DNA of 64,000 nucleotides from the IMG/VR virus record IMGVR_UViG_3300011008_000186. The stretch is one strand, 5' to 3'. A model generated the notes under the pieces. It made no database searches. It had not been told where the DNA came from and saw nothing but the letters and a program-made list of their open reading frames with translations. Every line of letters begins with the position of its first letter. Position 1 is the first letter of the stretch. Both the position numbers and the translations under genes were made by a program. This document shows, piece after piece, positions 9,277 to 16,456 of the stretch. The stretch is from a virus.

Positions 9277-9933
9277 CTAATGACAATCCTGGTAATCCGG
9301 TCTCGGCGGCTCCGGATAAGTTAAAATATAATAATACGATCCATCATCTCGAACCACCTTTTGATGCTGAAAGTCTATCCATTTACAAAATTCTTTGTCC
9401 CAGCAATATACATCTCCTAATGCATTTCTTGGACGATCCTGCTGCAAAGATAAATAAAAATAAAAATCATTAAGATAAACTTTGTCGGACAATGCGAATA
9501 TCCGGTTGATGTCATACTCCGCAGCAAATAAATCCATCAATCGAATCTGAAACCAGCCGGCATTTTCTTCTTCGGATTCTCTTCTAAAATCTTCAAATAT
9601 CCATACAAGGTCATCGAGATCTTCATCTATTATGATTTCCTGACGTTCGATCATTTCCTTTAAACCGGATGCAGCAAGTAAACCACCACCAGCCAAGGTC
9701 GACAGTAATGCAGCTTTTTGTTTTCTGTTTAGTACATCAGAAAATATAATAGACGCACCCGTAACACCAAACGATATAGATGTCGGTATGTAATGTTTCA
9801 GAATTTGCTTTTTAGGTTTGCCCGATTCGATATCTGTAAATGCCTTAAGAGTATCATGAATCGCCAAAGCAGTAGTTGTTGCTAAACCCGCCATGCTGGT
9901 TACGGTTAATATCGTCGACAATTTATTATTCAT
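9277..9933 (-). CDS. Membrane protein (paralogous architecture to 5790-6704 and 8058-8831)
   Basis: ORF track gives 9277-9948. The second ATG at 9933 has a GAGGA SD. Helices LSTILTVTSMAGLATTTALAI and ISFGVTGASIIF. Confidence 0.55.
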   Translation of the reverse strand: MNNKLSTILTVTSMAGLATTTALAIHDTLKAFTDIESGKPKKQILKHYIPTSISFGVTGASIIFSDVLNRKQKAALLSTLAGGGLLAASGLKEMIERQEIIIDEDLDDLVWIFEDFRRESEEENAGWFQIRLMDLFAAEYDINRIFALSDKVYLNDFYFYLSLQQDRPRNALGDVYCWDKEFCKWIDFQHQKVVRDDGSYYYILTYPEPPRPDYQDCH

Positions 9934-10411
9934 GGTCGTCGTCCTCATTAATAGGCGGAGTCATTTTAGTAGAAAAATCTCCTTCCATTGCGCATATAAA
10001 AGCCATATTACATGCAGCATGTTTATAATGCGGAATGCCTGATTCTGAATCGACTCCTGCTGGATCATCAATATACGCAAGAAGATGACGAAGCAAAGCA
10101 TCCACGTATCGTTTCTTTTCTACAGTCTTCCAATTGTCTGGATCACCATATTTTTTATTACCATACATTCTGACCTCAGCAATATCACGAATGATCTGTG
10201 TTGGAACCAAGCTGATCTGAAGCTTTCCTTCATCCGCTTTCGCTGTCTGATTATCCAGAGACAATGACTTTTTAAAATAGTTTTCATATGATACCGGTTC
10301 GGTTGCTAATACATCATCAAATAAGCAATGATCGGCACCTTCCGCCATGTTACGATAATTGAAACTTGATTGCGGATGCCTTTCGTTACCAAATATAATC
10401 TTTTGAGTCAC
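9926..10411 (-). CDS. MazZ-like dNTP pyrophosphohydrolase domain protein (DUF5664-like)
   Basis: Core EGKLQISLVP..YGNKKYGDPDNW..LLRHLLAY..DSESGIPHYKHAACN matches my memory of the dATP/dGTP diphosphohydrolase N-terminal family. GTG start without a clear SD. The first 33 aa are encoded by the 99-bp repeat shared with the polymerase. Confidence 0.55.
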   Translation of the reverse strand: MTQKIIFGNERHPQSSFNYRNMAEGADHCLFDDVLATEPVSYENYFKKSLSLDNQTAKADEGKLQISLVPTQIIRDIAEVRMYGNKKYGDPDNWKTVEKKRYVDALLRHLLAYIDDPAGVDSESGIPHYKHAACNMAFICAMEGDFSTKMTPPINEDDDHE

Positions 10412-10450
10412 GAGCTAAGAAATCGCCTTGAGTATGTTTAAATACTGCTT
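10298..10450. repeat. Repeat locus B: permuted copy of locus A (20 bp + 99 bp + 25-bp unique insert + 15 bp)
   Basis: 10298-10317 = 1316-1335; 10312-10410 = 1204-1302; 10436-10450 = 1303-1317; 10411-10435 has no counterpart. Confidence 0.9.
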
Positions 10451-10778
10451 TGCGACATATCGGCGGTATTCCGTATGTAGAATTTAATGCATTTATCGGC
10501 ATGCGTTTTTGCAATTTTAAACTATTTTTGTAATCATTATCTTTTATTGCGGGTACCGCTCGGCCATCCAAATATTTAATAATAAAATCACCGATATTAA
10601 CTGAGTGAATTTGAGGCAAAGCAATAGAGTTAATATCTGGCGAAGATTCATAAAATAAGATCGATACACTAAAATCTTCAAGATGCATATGAGTTCTAAT
10701 AAAGCGATCACCTAAAAATTTTTTAACGGAATCCAAATTCTGTCCGGTGTATTCGATTACCTTCAACTTATTATCCAT
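10386..10778 (-). CDS. Hypothetical protein; its 3' end lies inside repeat locus B
   Basis: 130-aa ORF with SD AGGAGG. Removing the 25-bp insert 10411-10435 would fuse it in frame to 9926-10411. Confidence 0.5.
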   Translation of the reverse strand: MDNKLKVIEYTGQNLDSVKKFLGDRFIRTHMHLEDFSVSILFYESSPDINSIALPQIHSVNIGDFIIKYLDGRAVPAIKDNDYKNSLKLQKRMPINALNSTYGIPPICRKAVFKHTQGDFLARDSKDYIW

Positions 10779-10802
10779 TTTTCTAATTCCTCCTAAATAT
10801 AA

Positions 10803-10991
10803 TTAAGCTTTGGGCTTACCTACTATACCTTCGTCCCATGCTTTCCAAGCCTCTTTCGGCGTTTCATATCCATACGAAGTTCGTTTTCGGCAGTTTGGAC
10901 AGCTGATCCAATAAACATCCATACTTCTTTCATCAGCAGAAGTTTTATGATACTCATTTACTTTCGGAACTTTTCCGCAGCACTTTCGCAT
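10803..10991 (-). CDS. Lar-like restriction-alleviation zinc-ribbon protein
   Basis: CCGK..ISCPNCRKRTSYGYETPKEAWKAWDEG resembles the Lar family pattern (Cys pairs, then eA..aWN). Confidence 0.45.
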   Translation of the reverse strand: MRKCCGKVPKVNEYHKTSADERSMDVYWISCPNCRKRTSYGYETPKEAWKAWDEGIVGKPKA

Positions 10992-11151
10992 CCGAATCTC
11001 CTTTCTTCCAGTGAACCGGTTTATGTGAATTAGTATTCACCGGCTCGTCGAGGCAGTCATCGCATGGGCTGTCTTCTTCTGCTTTGCCGTAGAATCTGCA
11101 AGTAGGACAATAAACATCAAAAAACACTTCCTTGAGTTCGTTTACTTCCAT
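10954..11151 (-). CDS. Small zinc-ribbon protein
   Basis: 65-aa ORF with CPTC...CDDC. Confidence 0.45.
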   Translation of the reverse strand: MEVNELKEVFFDVYCPTCRFYGKAEEDSPCDDCLDEPVNTNSHKPVHWKKGDSDAKVLRKSSESK

Positions 11152-11153
11152 TA

Positions 11154-11774
11154 TTAATTCTCCTTTTTTCGTATATCGATACGACCGTAGTCATAAATAT
11201 CAATAGCAACTTCAAAATCCGCATGTGGCGAATTCAATACAACTTCGTCTATCTGTGTATCGAATATCGGACTATTCGAAAAATTCTCCGTGAACTTACT
11301 AACATTTTCAGCAAATGCCTCTGCGTCTTCTTTCCTTCTGAAGAAATAATAATCTTCAAACGGATCGCCATCATCATATGGGTTATCAGACAGTACCGTG
11401 CATCGATAAGTTGTAATATCGCATCCATAAAGTGATTGTAAGCGGTTTACATCTTTTGAAGTGTGGCCATCCCAATGCTTAGCTGTTTCGAGTTCCTGGC
11501 ATGTAAACTTATACCAATGCTTAAGTTCATAATGATAAGTATATGATCCTCTTGGCGTATCGATCCCGACTATAAAGTATTCACCATTAAAACATGGACT
11601 TCCATCTTCATGTCTTTTGCTTTTCCAAGATCGCTCAGGATAAGCATCAACTAAAGCTATTGTTAAATATAATCTCTGCTCATAAAGATCGTTGAATGTA
11701 TGATAACCATCGGACAACTCTCCGATTCCACCCTCTGGTATTTTTGTTAATAAATCTCTAGCTAACTCTGCCAT
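11154..11774 (-). CDS. WDGH-domain-like protein
   Basis: 206-aa ORF with SD AGGAGG. Contains YHTFNDLYEQR and KHWDGHT signatures. Confidence 0.5.
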   Translation of the reverse strand: MAELARDLLTKIPEGGIGELSDGYHTFNDLYEQRLYLTIALVDAYPERSWKSKRHEDGSPCFNGEYFIVGIDTPRGSYTYHYELKHWYKFTCQELETAKHWDGHTSKDVNRLQSLYGCDITTYRCTVLSDNPYDDGDPFEDYYFFRRKEDAEAFAENVSKFTENFSNSPIFDTQIDEVVLNSPHADFEVAIDIYDYGRIDIRKKEN

Positions 11775-11801
11775 TTTAATTACCTCCTATTTTTAGACAA
11801 T

Positions 11802-11835
11802 AAAAAGGAGCGGTTTAAAGTCTCGCTCCAAGACT
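11802..11835 (-). promoter_or_regulatory. Conserved hairpin element (T-element), copy a, variant stem
   Basis: Plus-strand GGAGCG-gtttaaagtct-CGCTCC. It has the same 11-nt loop as the other five copies, and its innermost stem pair is G-C instead of A-T. Confidence 0.6.
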
Positions 11836-11861
11836 GTTTTAGTGGTTTAAAATATAATTAA

Positions 11862-12197
11862 TTATTCATCGAATGCCGGACAACTCGCTTTACATTCTGG
11901 ATAAGGTCCACCACAATTAGCGCATCCCCATGGGATATCACTAGTGTCTTCATATTCCCAATCGTCTTCGTCCATAGTATATCCGCAATTAAAGCATTTA
12001 AATTCTCGTTCCAAATTGCTGTATCTCATCTCAATACCGCATTCGGGGCAATTTGGACAAAAGCCGGAATAATCAGGAATATCATGATAACCTTCGTCAT
12101 CATCATCGGGACCATATCCGTGAAGTCGATCGTGCGCATATGAGCTTTCCGGATGATCGCCAGAACCAGAAAATATATTACCTAAAAACTTGAACAT
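11862..12197 (-). CDS. Acidic Cys-rich (multi zinc-ribbon) protein
   Basis: 111 aa; CPNCPECG..CFNCG..CANCGG..CKASC; D/E-rich. Confidence 0.55.
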   Translation of the reverse strand: MFKFLGNIFSGSGDHPESSYAHDRLHGYGPDDDDEGYHDIPDYSGFCPNCPECGIEMRYSNLEREFKCFNCGYTMDEDDWEYEDTSDIPWGCANCGGPYPECKASCPAFDE

Positions 12198-12259
12198 TGT
12201 GCAACCTCCTCTTAATTTGTAAGGAGATTATACAATGTTTCAACAAGTTTTACTATATT

Positions 12260-13246
12260 TTATTTCGATTCTTCCAAAATGTTTATTCCGATTTTTTCTT
12301 TGACTTTTAGCGCAATTTCATTGATCGATTTACGTCCAAGATTCCTAATATTTTGGAGTTGTTCAAGATGAGATTTTCCCGGACGCGAATCCAAATAGCA
12401 CAATAGATCGTCAATTGTATGTATCCCTTTCCGGATAAGACAGTTGCGGGATCTTACTGACAGTTCAAGTTCATCGATGGACTCTAAATATAAATTTATT
12501 TCGTTGACGTCCACATCTTTCGAATTAATTAATTGAGTTTTTCTTTTAATATATTCTTCATACTCTTTTTCAAAAAGCTCAATCTCTTTCTTTCGCTGAC
12601 ATCCATTATAGCCATATAATATCAATGCGCTACGAGAACTATGACGCATTTTTCGAACAGCTTTGGCAATTATCTGCCGTATTCGCTCTCTAGTAACATG
12701 AAACTTTTTTGCAATTTCATCATACGTCTCATTATTCTGATAGTAGCAAATAATACAATCCCTTTCTCTCTGTGAAAGCATCTGCAGCGCATTTGCTAAA
12801 CCTTGTTCCTGATCGTTAGTAAGCATAGAGTTGCCATTCAAATAATCGCTTCCGTTAAAAATAACATCGAGCAGGTTATAAGGATAAGGAGCAATAAAAC
12901 CATCCGGTATTTCAATAGTTTTATTCTTATTCCTTGGAACTTTCTGAGAATAAAGATACTGTTCATATGAATTTCTACGGGCTAAATTGTAAAAATTAGC
13001 AAGTAACATCTTTATATCATGTTCTTCTAATTCGGTCAGGTTCGTTCTTCCTAAAATATAATCTGTCGGAACCATAAAGAAATCGGCCATCGCCATCAAA
13101 GTATTAACAGTCGGAGCTGCGTACATGCCGATGTAATTTTTTAACTGAGTTTCCTTGATTCCTATTTTTCTAGCGAGATCTCTTTGCGAAATCTGAGCCA
13201 AATCCATTAGTTCTTTTAATTTACTTGAATCCCATTTTTTATTCAT
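12260..13246 (-). CDS. Chimeric transcription factor: XRE-type HTH + sigma-70 region-4-like + RNAP alpha C-terminal-domain-like
   Basis: N-terminal ISQRDLARKIGIKETQLKNYI (XRE helix-turn-helix, HTH). Middle LSQRERDCIICYY..TYDEIAKKFHVTRERIRQIIAKAVRKMR (sigma region 4). C-terminal IDELELSVRSRNCLIRKGIHTIDDLL..IRNLGRKSINEI (alphaCTD helix-hairpin-helix). No sigma region 2 seen. Confidence 0.7.
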   Translation of the reverse strand: MNKKWDSSKLKELMDLAQISQRDLARKIGIKETQLKNYIGMYAAPTVNTLMAMADFFMVPTDYILGRTNLTELEEHDIKMLLANFYNLARRNSYEQYLYSQKVPRNKNKTIEIPDGFIAPYPYNLLDVIFNGSDYLNGNSMLTNDQEQGLANALQMLSQRERDCIICYYQNNETYDEIAKKFHVTRERIRQIIAKAVRKMRHSSRSALILYGYNGCQRKKEIELFEKEYEEYIKRKTQLINSKDVDVNEINLYLESIDELELSVRSRNCLIRKGIHTIDDLLCYLDSRPGKSHLEQLQNIRNLGRKSINEIALKVKEKIGINILEESK

Positions 13247-13248
13247 AT

Positions 13249-13611
13249 CTAATTCTCCTTATTTTGTTTTTTTTTTTGGCACCAAATCGGTTGATTATCA
13301 TTTTCATCAATATCATCGTTCTCTGAAAATTTATGAAGCGTATTCAATCCAAAGCATTCGTTCGTGAATAGATCCATACACCCTAAACATCCGGAAGGAA
13401 TGATACTTTTCAATGGTTTTTCGTTATCTCTGATAAGAAAGCCACAATTCTGCATGTCATTAATATACTCTTCGAATACGGTGCCCTGAAATAAAGAAGA
13501 GAGAGGGATAAATTGATCCCCCTCGTCGTTCATGATTAATCCAAAATTCCGTTTAATTATTGCAAATTGATTACGAAATTCACTTTTATCTAGTTCTGCT
13601 GCTAAAATCAT
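13249..13611 (-). CDS. Hypothetical protein
   Basis: 120-aa ORF. TAG stop 2 nt upstream of the next ATG. Confidence 0.55.
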   Translation of the reverse strand: MILAAELDKSEFRNQFAIIKRNFGLIMNDEGDQFIPLSSLFQGTVFEEYINDMQNCGFLIRDNEKPLKSIIPSGCLGCMDLFTNECFGLNTLHKFSENDDIDENDNQPIWCQKKKQNKEN

Positions 13612-13631
13612 ATTCTAGTCCTCCATTTTTA

Positions 13632-14045
13632 CTATTCATTTTCCCGAAGTACTTTTTCAAAGGCCAGATCAAGACCAACTGCTACAGCCATTAATAATTC
13701 TTTGGATCCCTGCGGATCTGTGGCTATACTATCTATGAATTCCAATATTTCTTTTTCAGAATTGCTTTTTGAAAGAGCTTCTTTGGTTCCAACATCAATT
13801 TTCAAACTTTCAAAAATCATTAACATCGTTTCCTTAGCTTTACTCGGATTAATATCTATCAAATCCACAAGCATATTTATCGATTTGTAAAACTGCGGAA
13901 AACCATCGAAAATCCGGTTCCCATCGGTACTTTTAACTATTCGAGAGACCGATGGATAAACTGAATTTGTAAACTCCATAAGATCATTTGTGCGAAGATT
14001 TCCAGAAGTGAATACCTCGTTAAGTCTTTCCTGTGTTGTTAACAT
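13632..14045 (-). CDS. Hypothetical protein
   Basis: 137-aa ORF, SD AGGAGGAG. Confidence 0.55.
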   Translation of the reverse strand: MLTTQERLNEVFTSGNLRTNDLMEFTNSVYPSVSRIVKSTDGNRIFDGFPQFYKSINMLVDLIDINPSKAKETMLMIFESLKIDVGTKEALSKSNSEKEILEFIDSIATDPQGSKELLMAVAVGLDLAFEKVLRENE

Positions 14046-14086
14046 GTTTCTACTCCTCCTAGTTTGAAATATAATTTAAGAAAAAT

Positions 14087-14117
14087 AAAAGAGCAGTTTA
14101 AAGTCTTGCTCAGGACT
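14087..14117 (-). promoter_or_regulatory. Conserved hairpin element (T-element), copy b
   Basis: aaaagagcagtttaaagtcttgctcaggact, directly upstream of the SD of 13632-14045. Confidence 0.6.
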
Positions 14118-14136
14118 TTTTACAATGTAAGGTTTC

Positions 14137-14283
14137 TTAAAATAGAGCTAAGACACCTACTGTTATTATAATTGTAAATATAGTACCTCCCATTATTACC
14201 CCAGCTATAGTGCCGCTAGTGAATAATATTACAGCAATAGTTACAAATAATACAAATGCTACAATAAATGCTAAAAATCTCAT
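14137..14283 (-). CDS. 48-aa hydrophobic micro-protein (below the ORF-track cutoff)
   Basis: Hand translation gives MRFLAFIVAFVLFVTIAVILFTSGTIAGVIMGGTIFTIIITVGVLALF. SD GAGGAGGTGAATGAAATG. Confidence 0.4.
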   Translation of the reverse strand: MRFLAFIVAFVLFVTIAVILFTSGTIAGVIMGGTIFTIIITVGVLALF

Positions 14284-14295
14284 TTCATTCACCTC

Positions 14296-14325
14296 CTCGT
14301 ATTAGGGAGTCAAAATTTCGCGAAA
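14296..14325 (-). promoter_or_regulatory. TTCGCGAA-type promoter-like element, copy 3
   Basis: Minus strand TTCGCGAAATTTTGACTCCCTAATACGAG. Confidence 0.45.
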
Positions 14326-14356
14326 AGAAAAAGAGCCTCTTAGAATCGAGACTCTT
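14323..14356 (-). terminator. Rho-independent terminator
   Basis: GAGTCTC/GAGGCTC 7-bp stem (one G-U pair), then TTTTTCTTTT on the minus strand. Confidence 0.6.
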
Positions 14357-14379
14357 CGTCTTAAAATATAATCTTCGAG

Positions 14380-14760
14380 TTACTTCTTTAATGGTAAGCT
14401 GAAAAGATTTCTTTTCATGGTTTTTCCATATTCAGTTGTATCGATCATACCTGCCGCATTAATCGAATCAGCATGCTTAATCGCAAATGCCTGTGCACCA
14501 ACACCGATACCAGTTGTTGCCAATGTTGTCGCTATACTAACTTTAGAAATAACATTTTTGGCTTTCTCAACCTCTAATGCATCTCTTTTGTCTCTGATTT
14601 CCGACAATTCTTTAGCATTACTAATAAAGGTATTAGCGTCATCGGGATCACTGCTATTAGCAGCCTTCTCCAATTGCGCAACCATAAGATCGTCAATCTG
14701 GTTACGAATTTCCTGTTCATGTTTCTTTTTTTCTTTCCTTTCTTTAAACCATCTAAACAT
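14380..14760 (-). CDS. Hypothetical protein with a hydrophobic segment
   Basis: ORF track gives 14380-14790. ATG at 14760 has the SD AAAGGAGG. Hydrophobic segment VSIATTLATTGIGVGAQAFAI. Confidence 0.55.
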   Translation of the reverse strand: MFRWFKERKEKKKHEQEIRNQIDDLMVAQLEKAANSSDPDDANTFISNAKELSEIRDKRDALEVEKAKNVISKVSIATTLATTGIGVGAQAFAIKHADSINAAGMIDTTEYGKTMKRNLFSLPLKK

Positions 14761-14785
14761 ATCGTTACCTCCTTTGATTTTATAT

Positions 14786-14815
14786 TTCATAATAGTGCTA
14801 TAATTTTTCGCGAAT
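14786..14815 (-). promoter_or_regulatory. TTCGCGAA-type promoter-like element, copy 4
   Basis: Minus strand TTCGCGAAAAATTATAGCACTATTATGAAA. Confidence 0.5.
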
Positions 14816-14850
14816 ACAGAATATAATAAATTGTTGTCACCTGCGTCGGA

Positions 14851-15060
14851 TTATTCGATCAGACTTTGTTCGGCTTTATCTAAACCATCTAACCATAACA
14901 TAAATTTTCTACAGCATGATGGGCATAAGTCAAGTTCGGACTCGTCGTACTTTGCCAGCTCATCATCGCAGAACCGAGCAACACTCGCGTCAATAGTGAC
15001 GACGACCCGATGATAGTCGTCTACTATTCTGCGACATTTGTCACAAAAATGTTTTACCAT
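14851..15060 (-). CDS. Small zinc-ribbon protein
   Basis: Internal start at 15060 with SD AAGGAGG; MVKHFCDKC...CPSCC. The 169-aa track ORF is an upstream read-through. Confidence 0.5.
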   Translation of the reverse strand: MVKHFCDKCRRIVDDYHRVVVTIDASVARFCDDELAKYDESELDLCPSCCRKFMLWLDGLDKAEQSLIE

Positions 15061-15062
15061 AT

Positions 15063-15158
15063 TTAATCCTCCTTGTTTGAAAATAGTAATACAAAAGCGA
15101 TAAAACCCAAGTTGCCTCCTAAAAGAAATGCAATTGGTAAATACCACCACGGTATCAT
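15063..15158 (-). CDS. 31-aa hydrophobic micro-protein
   Basis: Hand translation gives MIPWWYLPIAFLLGGNLGFIAFVLLFSNKED. ATGA overlap with the upstream stop. Confidence 0.35.
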   Translation of the reverse strand: MIPWWYLPIAFLLGGNLGFIAFVLLFSNKED

Positions 15159-15421
15159 AATTCTTCTCCTTTCTCTTCGTAGTATTCATCGTCTTCAAAT
15201 ACTTTTCTAAAATTAACAGCATGGCGAACGTCAGTAGTTCGTTTACAATCCGGAAAGCATTTACCATCTTCGCATCTCTGCCGATCGCAAATATAAGTAA
15301 CTTTAGGACAAATAGGCATATTTTTAATAACTGTAATAACCCAGGTGGGTACATCGGCATTAATTTTTTCAGATATACTAAGTCTTTTTAAAAGATCATT
15401 TTTATCGATATATTCGTTCAT
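15155..15421 (-). CDS. Cys-rich small protein
   Basis: 88-aa ORF; CPKVTYICDRQRCEDGKCFPDC. Confidence 0.5.
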   Translation of the reverse strand: MNEYIDKNDLLKRLSISEKINADVPTWVITVIKNMPICPKVTYICDRQRCEDGKCFPDCKRTTDVRHAVNFRKVFEDDEYYEEKGEEL

Positions 15422-15448
15422 AATGGTAGTTAACCTTTCATTATTTAT

Positions 15449-15796
15449 TTATCCTCTATCGTTTATCATGGTAGTTCCTATAGCATATGTTCTTCCGCAA
15501 TAAGGACACATAAATATATGCTTATTGGCGTTCAGTTCTATTGTTCCTCCACAAGAATTGCATTTGTGTTCCAGAACAGGAACTTCTGATAAAGATTGCA
15601 TGAATTCTTCGAATAATGCTTTCTTAACATTATCTGACAAATTAATTTCAAATTCTCCTTGCGAAACGCGTATCTTATTAATGAACCGATGATCACTCGA
15701 AGTTGCTGGCTCATAAATTTTGGAGTTTCTTCTCCCTCCTGGTGTGGTAATTAACGTATTCGACATATCACTTACATTAATTGTAGCTTGGTCCAT
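15449..15796 (-). CDS. Zinc-ribbon protein
   Basis: 115 aa; CNSCGG...CPYCG. Start context AAAGGAGATTATATTTATG. Confidence 0.55.
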   Translation of the reverse strand: MDQATINVSDMSNTLITTPGGRRNSKIYEPATSSDHRFINKIRVSQGEFEINLSDNVKKALFEEFMQSLSEVPVLEHKCNSCGGTIELNANKHIFMCPYCGRTYAIGTTMINDRG

Positions 15797-15828
15797 AAAT
15801 ATAATCTCCTTTCATTATTAAAATGAAA

Positions 15829-15900
15829 CAACGGCAGCAGGAATCGAACCTACATATACTGGGTCAAAGCCAGTCACACTCACCATTGTGCTATGCCGCT
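15829..15900 (-). tRNA. tRNA-Gln (anticodon UUG)
   Basis: Hand fold: acceptor AGCGGCA/TGCCGTT, D arm GCAC/GTGT, anticodon stem ACTGG/CCAGT with loop CTTTGAC, T arm GTAGG-TTCGATT-CCTGC. CCA is not encoded. Confidence 0.8.
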
Positions 15901-15932
15901 AAAAAGAGCAGTTTAAAGTCTTGCTCAGGACT
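15901..15932 (-). promoter_or_regulatory. Conserved hairpin element (T-element), copy c, abutting the tRNA 5' end
   Basis: aaaaagagcagtttaaagtcttgctcaggact. Its T-run ends at the first tRNA nucleotide. Confidence 0.6.
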
Positions 15933-15940
15933 ACTTCGTA

Positions 15941-16456
15941 TTACTCTATTTTTATTCCGGTTATTTCTTCAAAAATATCCGCATCAAAATTGGGTAATGC
16001 CTTGATTTTTTCTTCATCGCCGTCAATAAGTGTTTTATCATTTATGCGGCAGCATAATTTGCAAAAATTATAATCAAGCGCATTCAGCCATTCACTTCTT
16101 GTCATGTCATATTCCCGGTTAAATGCTCTCAGCTTCGGTTCGTTCGTATTGAATATTCCACTGTTGTAGTTTCCACTGTTGTAGTTTCCGCTGTTCCAGT
16201 TTCCACTGTTGCAGTTTCCGCTGTTGTGTCTTCCACTGTTCCAGTTTCCGCTGTTCCAGTCTCCACTGTTCCAGTGTCCACTGTTGCGCATTCCGCTGTT
16301 GTAGTATCCACTATTGTGCATTCCGCTGTTGCAGTTTCCGCTGTTGCAGTTTCCGCTGTTGCCGTTTCCGCTGTTGCAGTTTCCACTGTTGCGCATTCCG
16401 CTGTTGTAGTATCCACTATTGTAGTTTCCACCAAAACTTTGTCCCTTCCTGTTCAA
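15941..16456 (-). CDS. Pentapeptide-repeat protein (about 20 x NSGxx) with a globular C-terminal domain
   Basis: GNYNSGYYNSGMRNSGNCNSG... with strict 5-aa periodicity. TTG start. Overlaps the upstream ORF by 41 nt in another frame. Confidence 0.65.
   Translation of the reverse strand: MNRKGQSFGGNYNSGYYNSGMRNSGNCNSGNGNSGNCNSGNCNSGMHNSGYYNSGMRNSGHWNSGDWNSGNWNSGRHNSGNCNSGNWNSGNYNSGNYNSGIFNTNEPKLRAFNREYDMTRSEWLNALDYNFCKLCCRINDKTLIDGDEEKIKALPNFDADIFEEITGIKIE
16146..16432. repeat. 15-nt-period tandem DNA repeat encoding the pentapeptide array
   Basis: Repeating ttccactgttgcagt-like units. These explain the spurious ORFs 16129-16434(-) and 16226-16489(+). Confidence 0.85.

Noticed and set aside
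1204-10410. The 99-bp repeat pair might be the template and variable repeats of a diversity-generating retroelement.
   Set aside because: The copies are 100% identical, with no adenine-specific differences. No reverse transcriptase is present in the window, and neither copy sits in a C-terminal ligand-binding domain.
9926-10411. A Z-genome (2-aminoadenine) biosynthesis cluster implied by the MazZ-like domain.
   Set aside because: No PurZ- or DatZ-like ORF is visible in the 64 kb. The MazZ-like family also occurs in ordinary phages.
12215-12240. A sigma-A promoter upstream of 11862-12197, with TATAAT at 12227-12232 on the minus strand.
   Set aside because: The -10 box is perfect, but no acceptable -35 lies 16-18 nt upstream and the TG is not in the extended -10 register. 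This is too weak to call.
14851-15360. The 169-aa track ORF.
   Set aside because: It spans three separately signalled small genes (15155-15421 in another frame, micro-ORF 15063-15158, zinc-ribbon 14851-15060). Its N-terminal part has no SD and is hydrophobic out-of-frame sequence.
15829-15900. The phage tRNA might be an amber suppressor, which would link to the in-frame TAG at 32848.
   Set aside because: The anticodon loop CUUUGAC gives anticodon UUG, a normal Gln decoder, not CUA.
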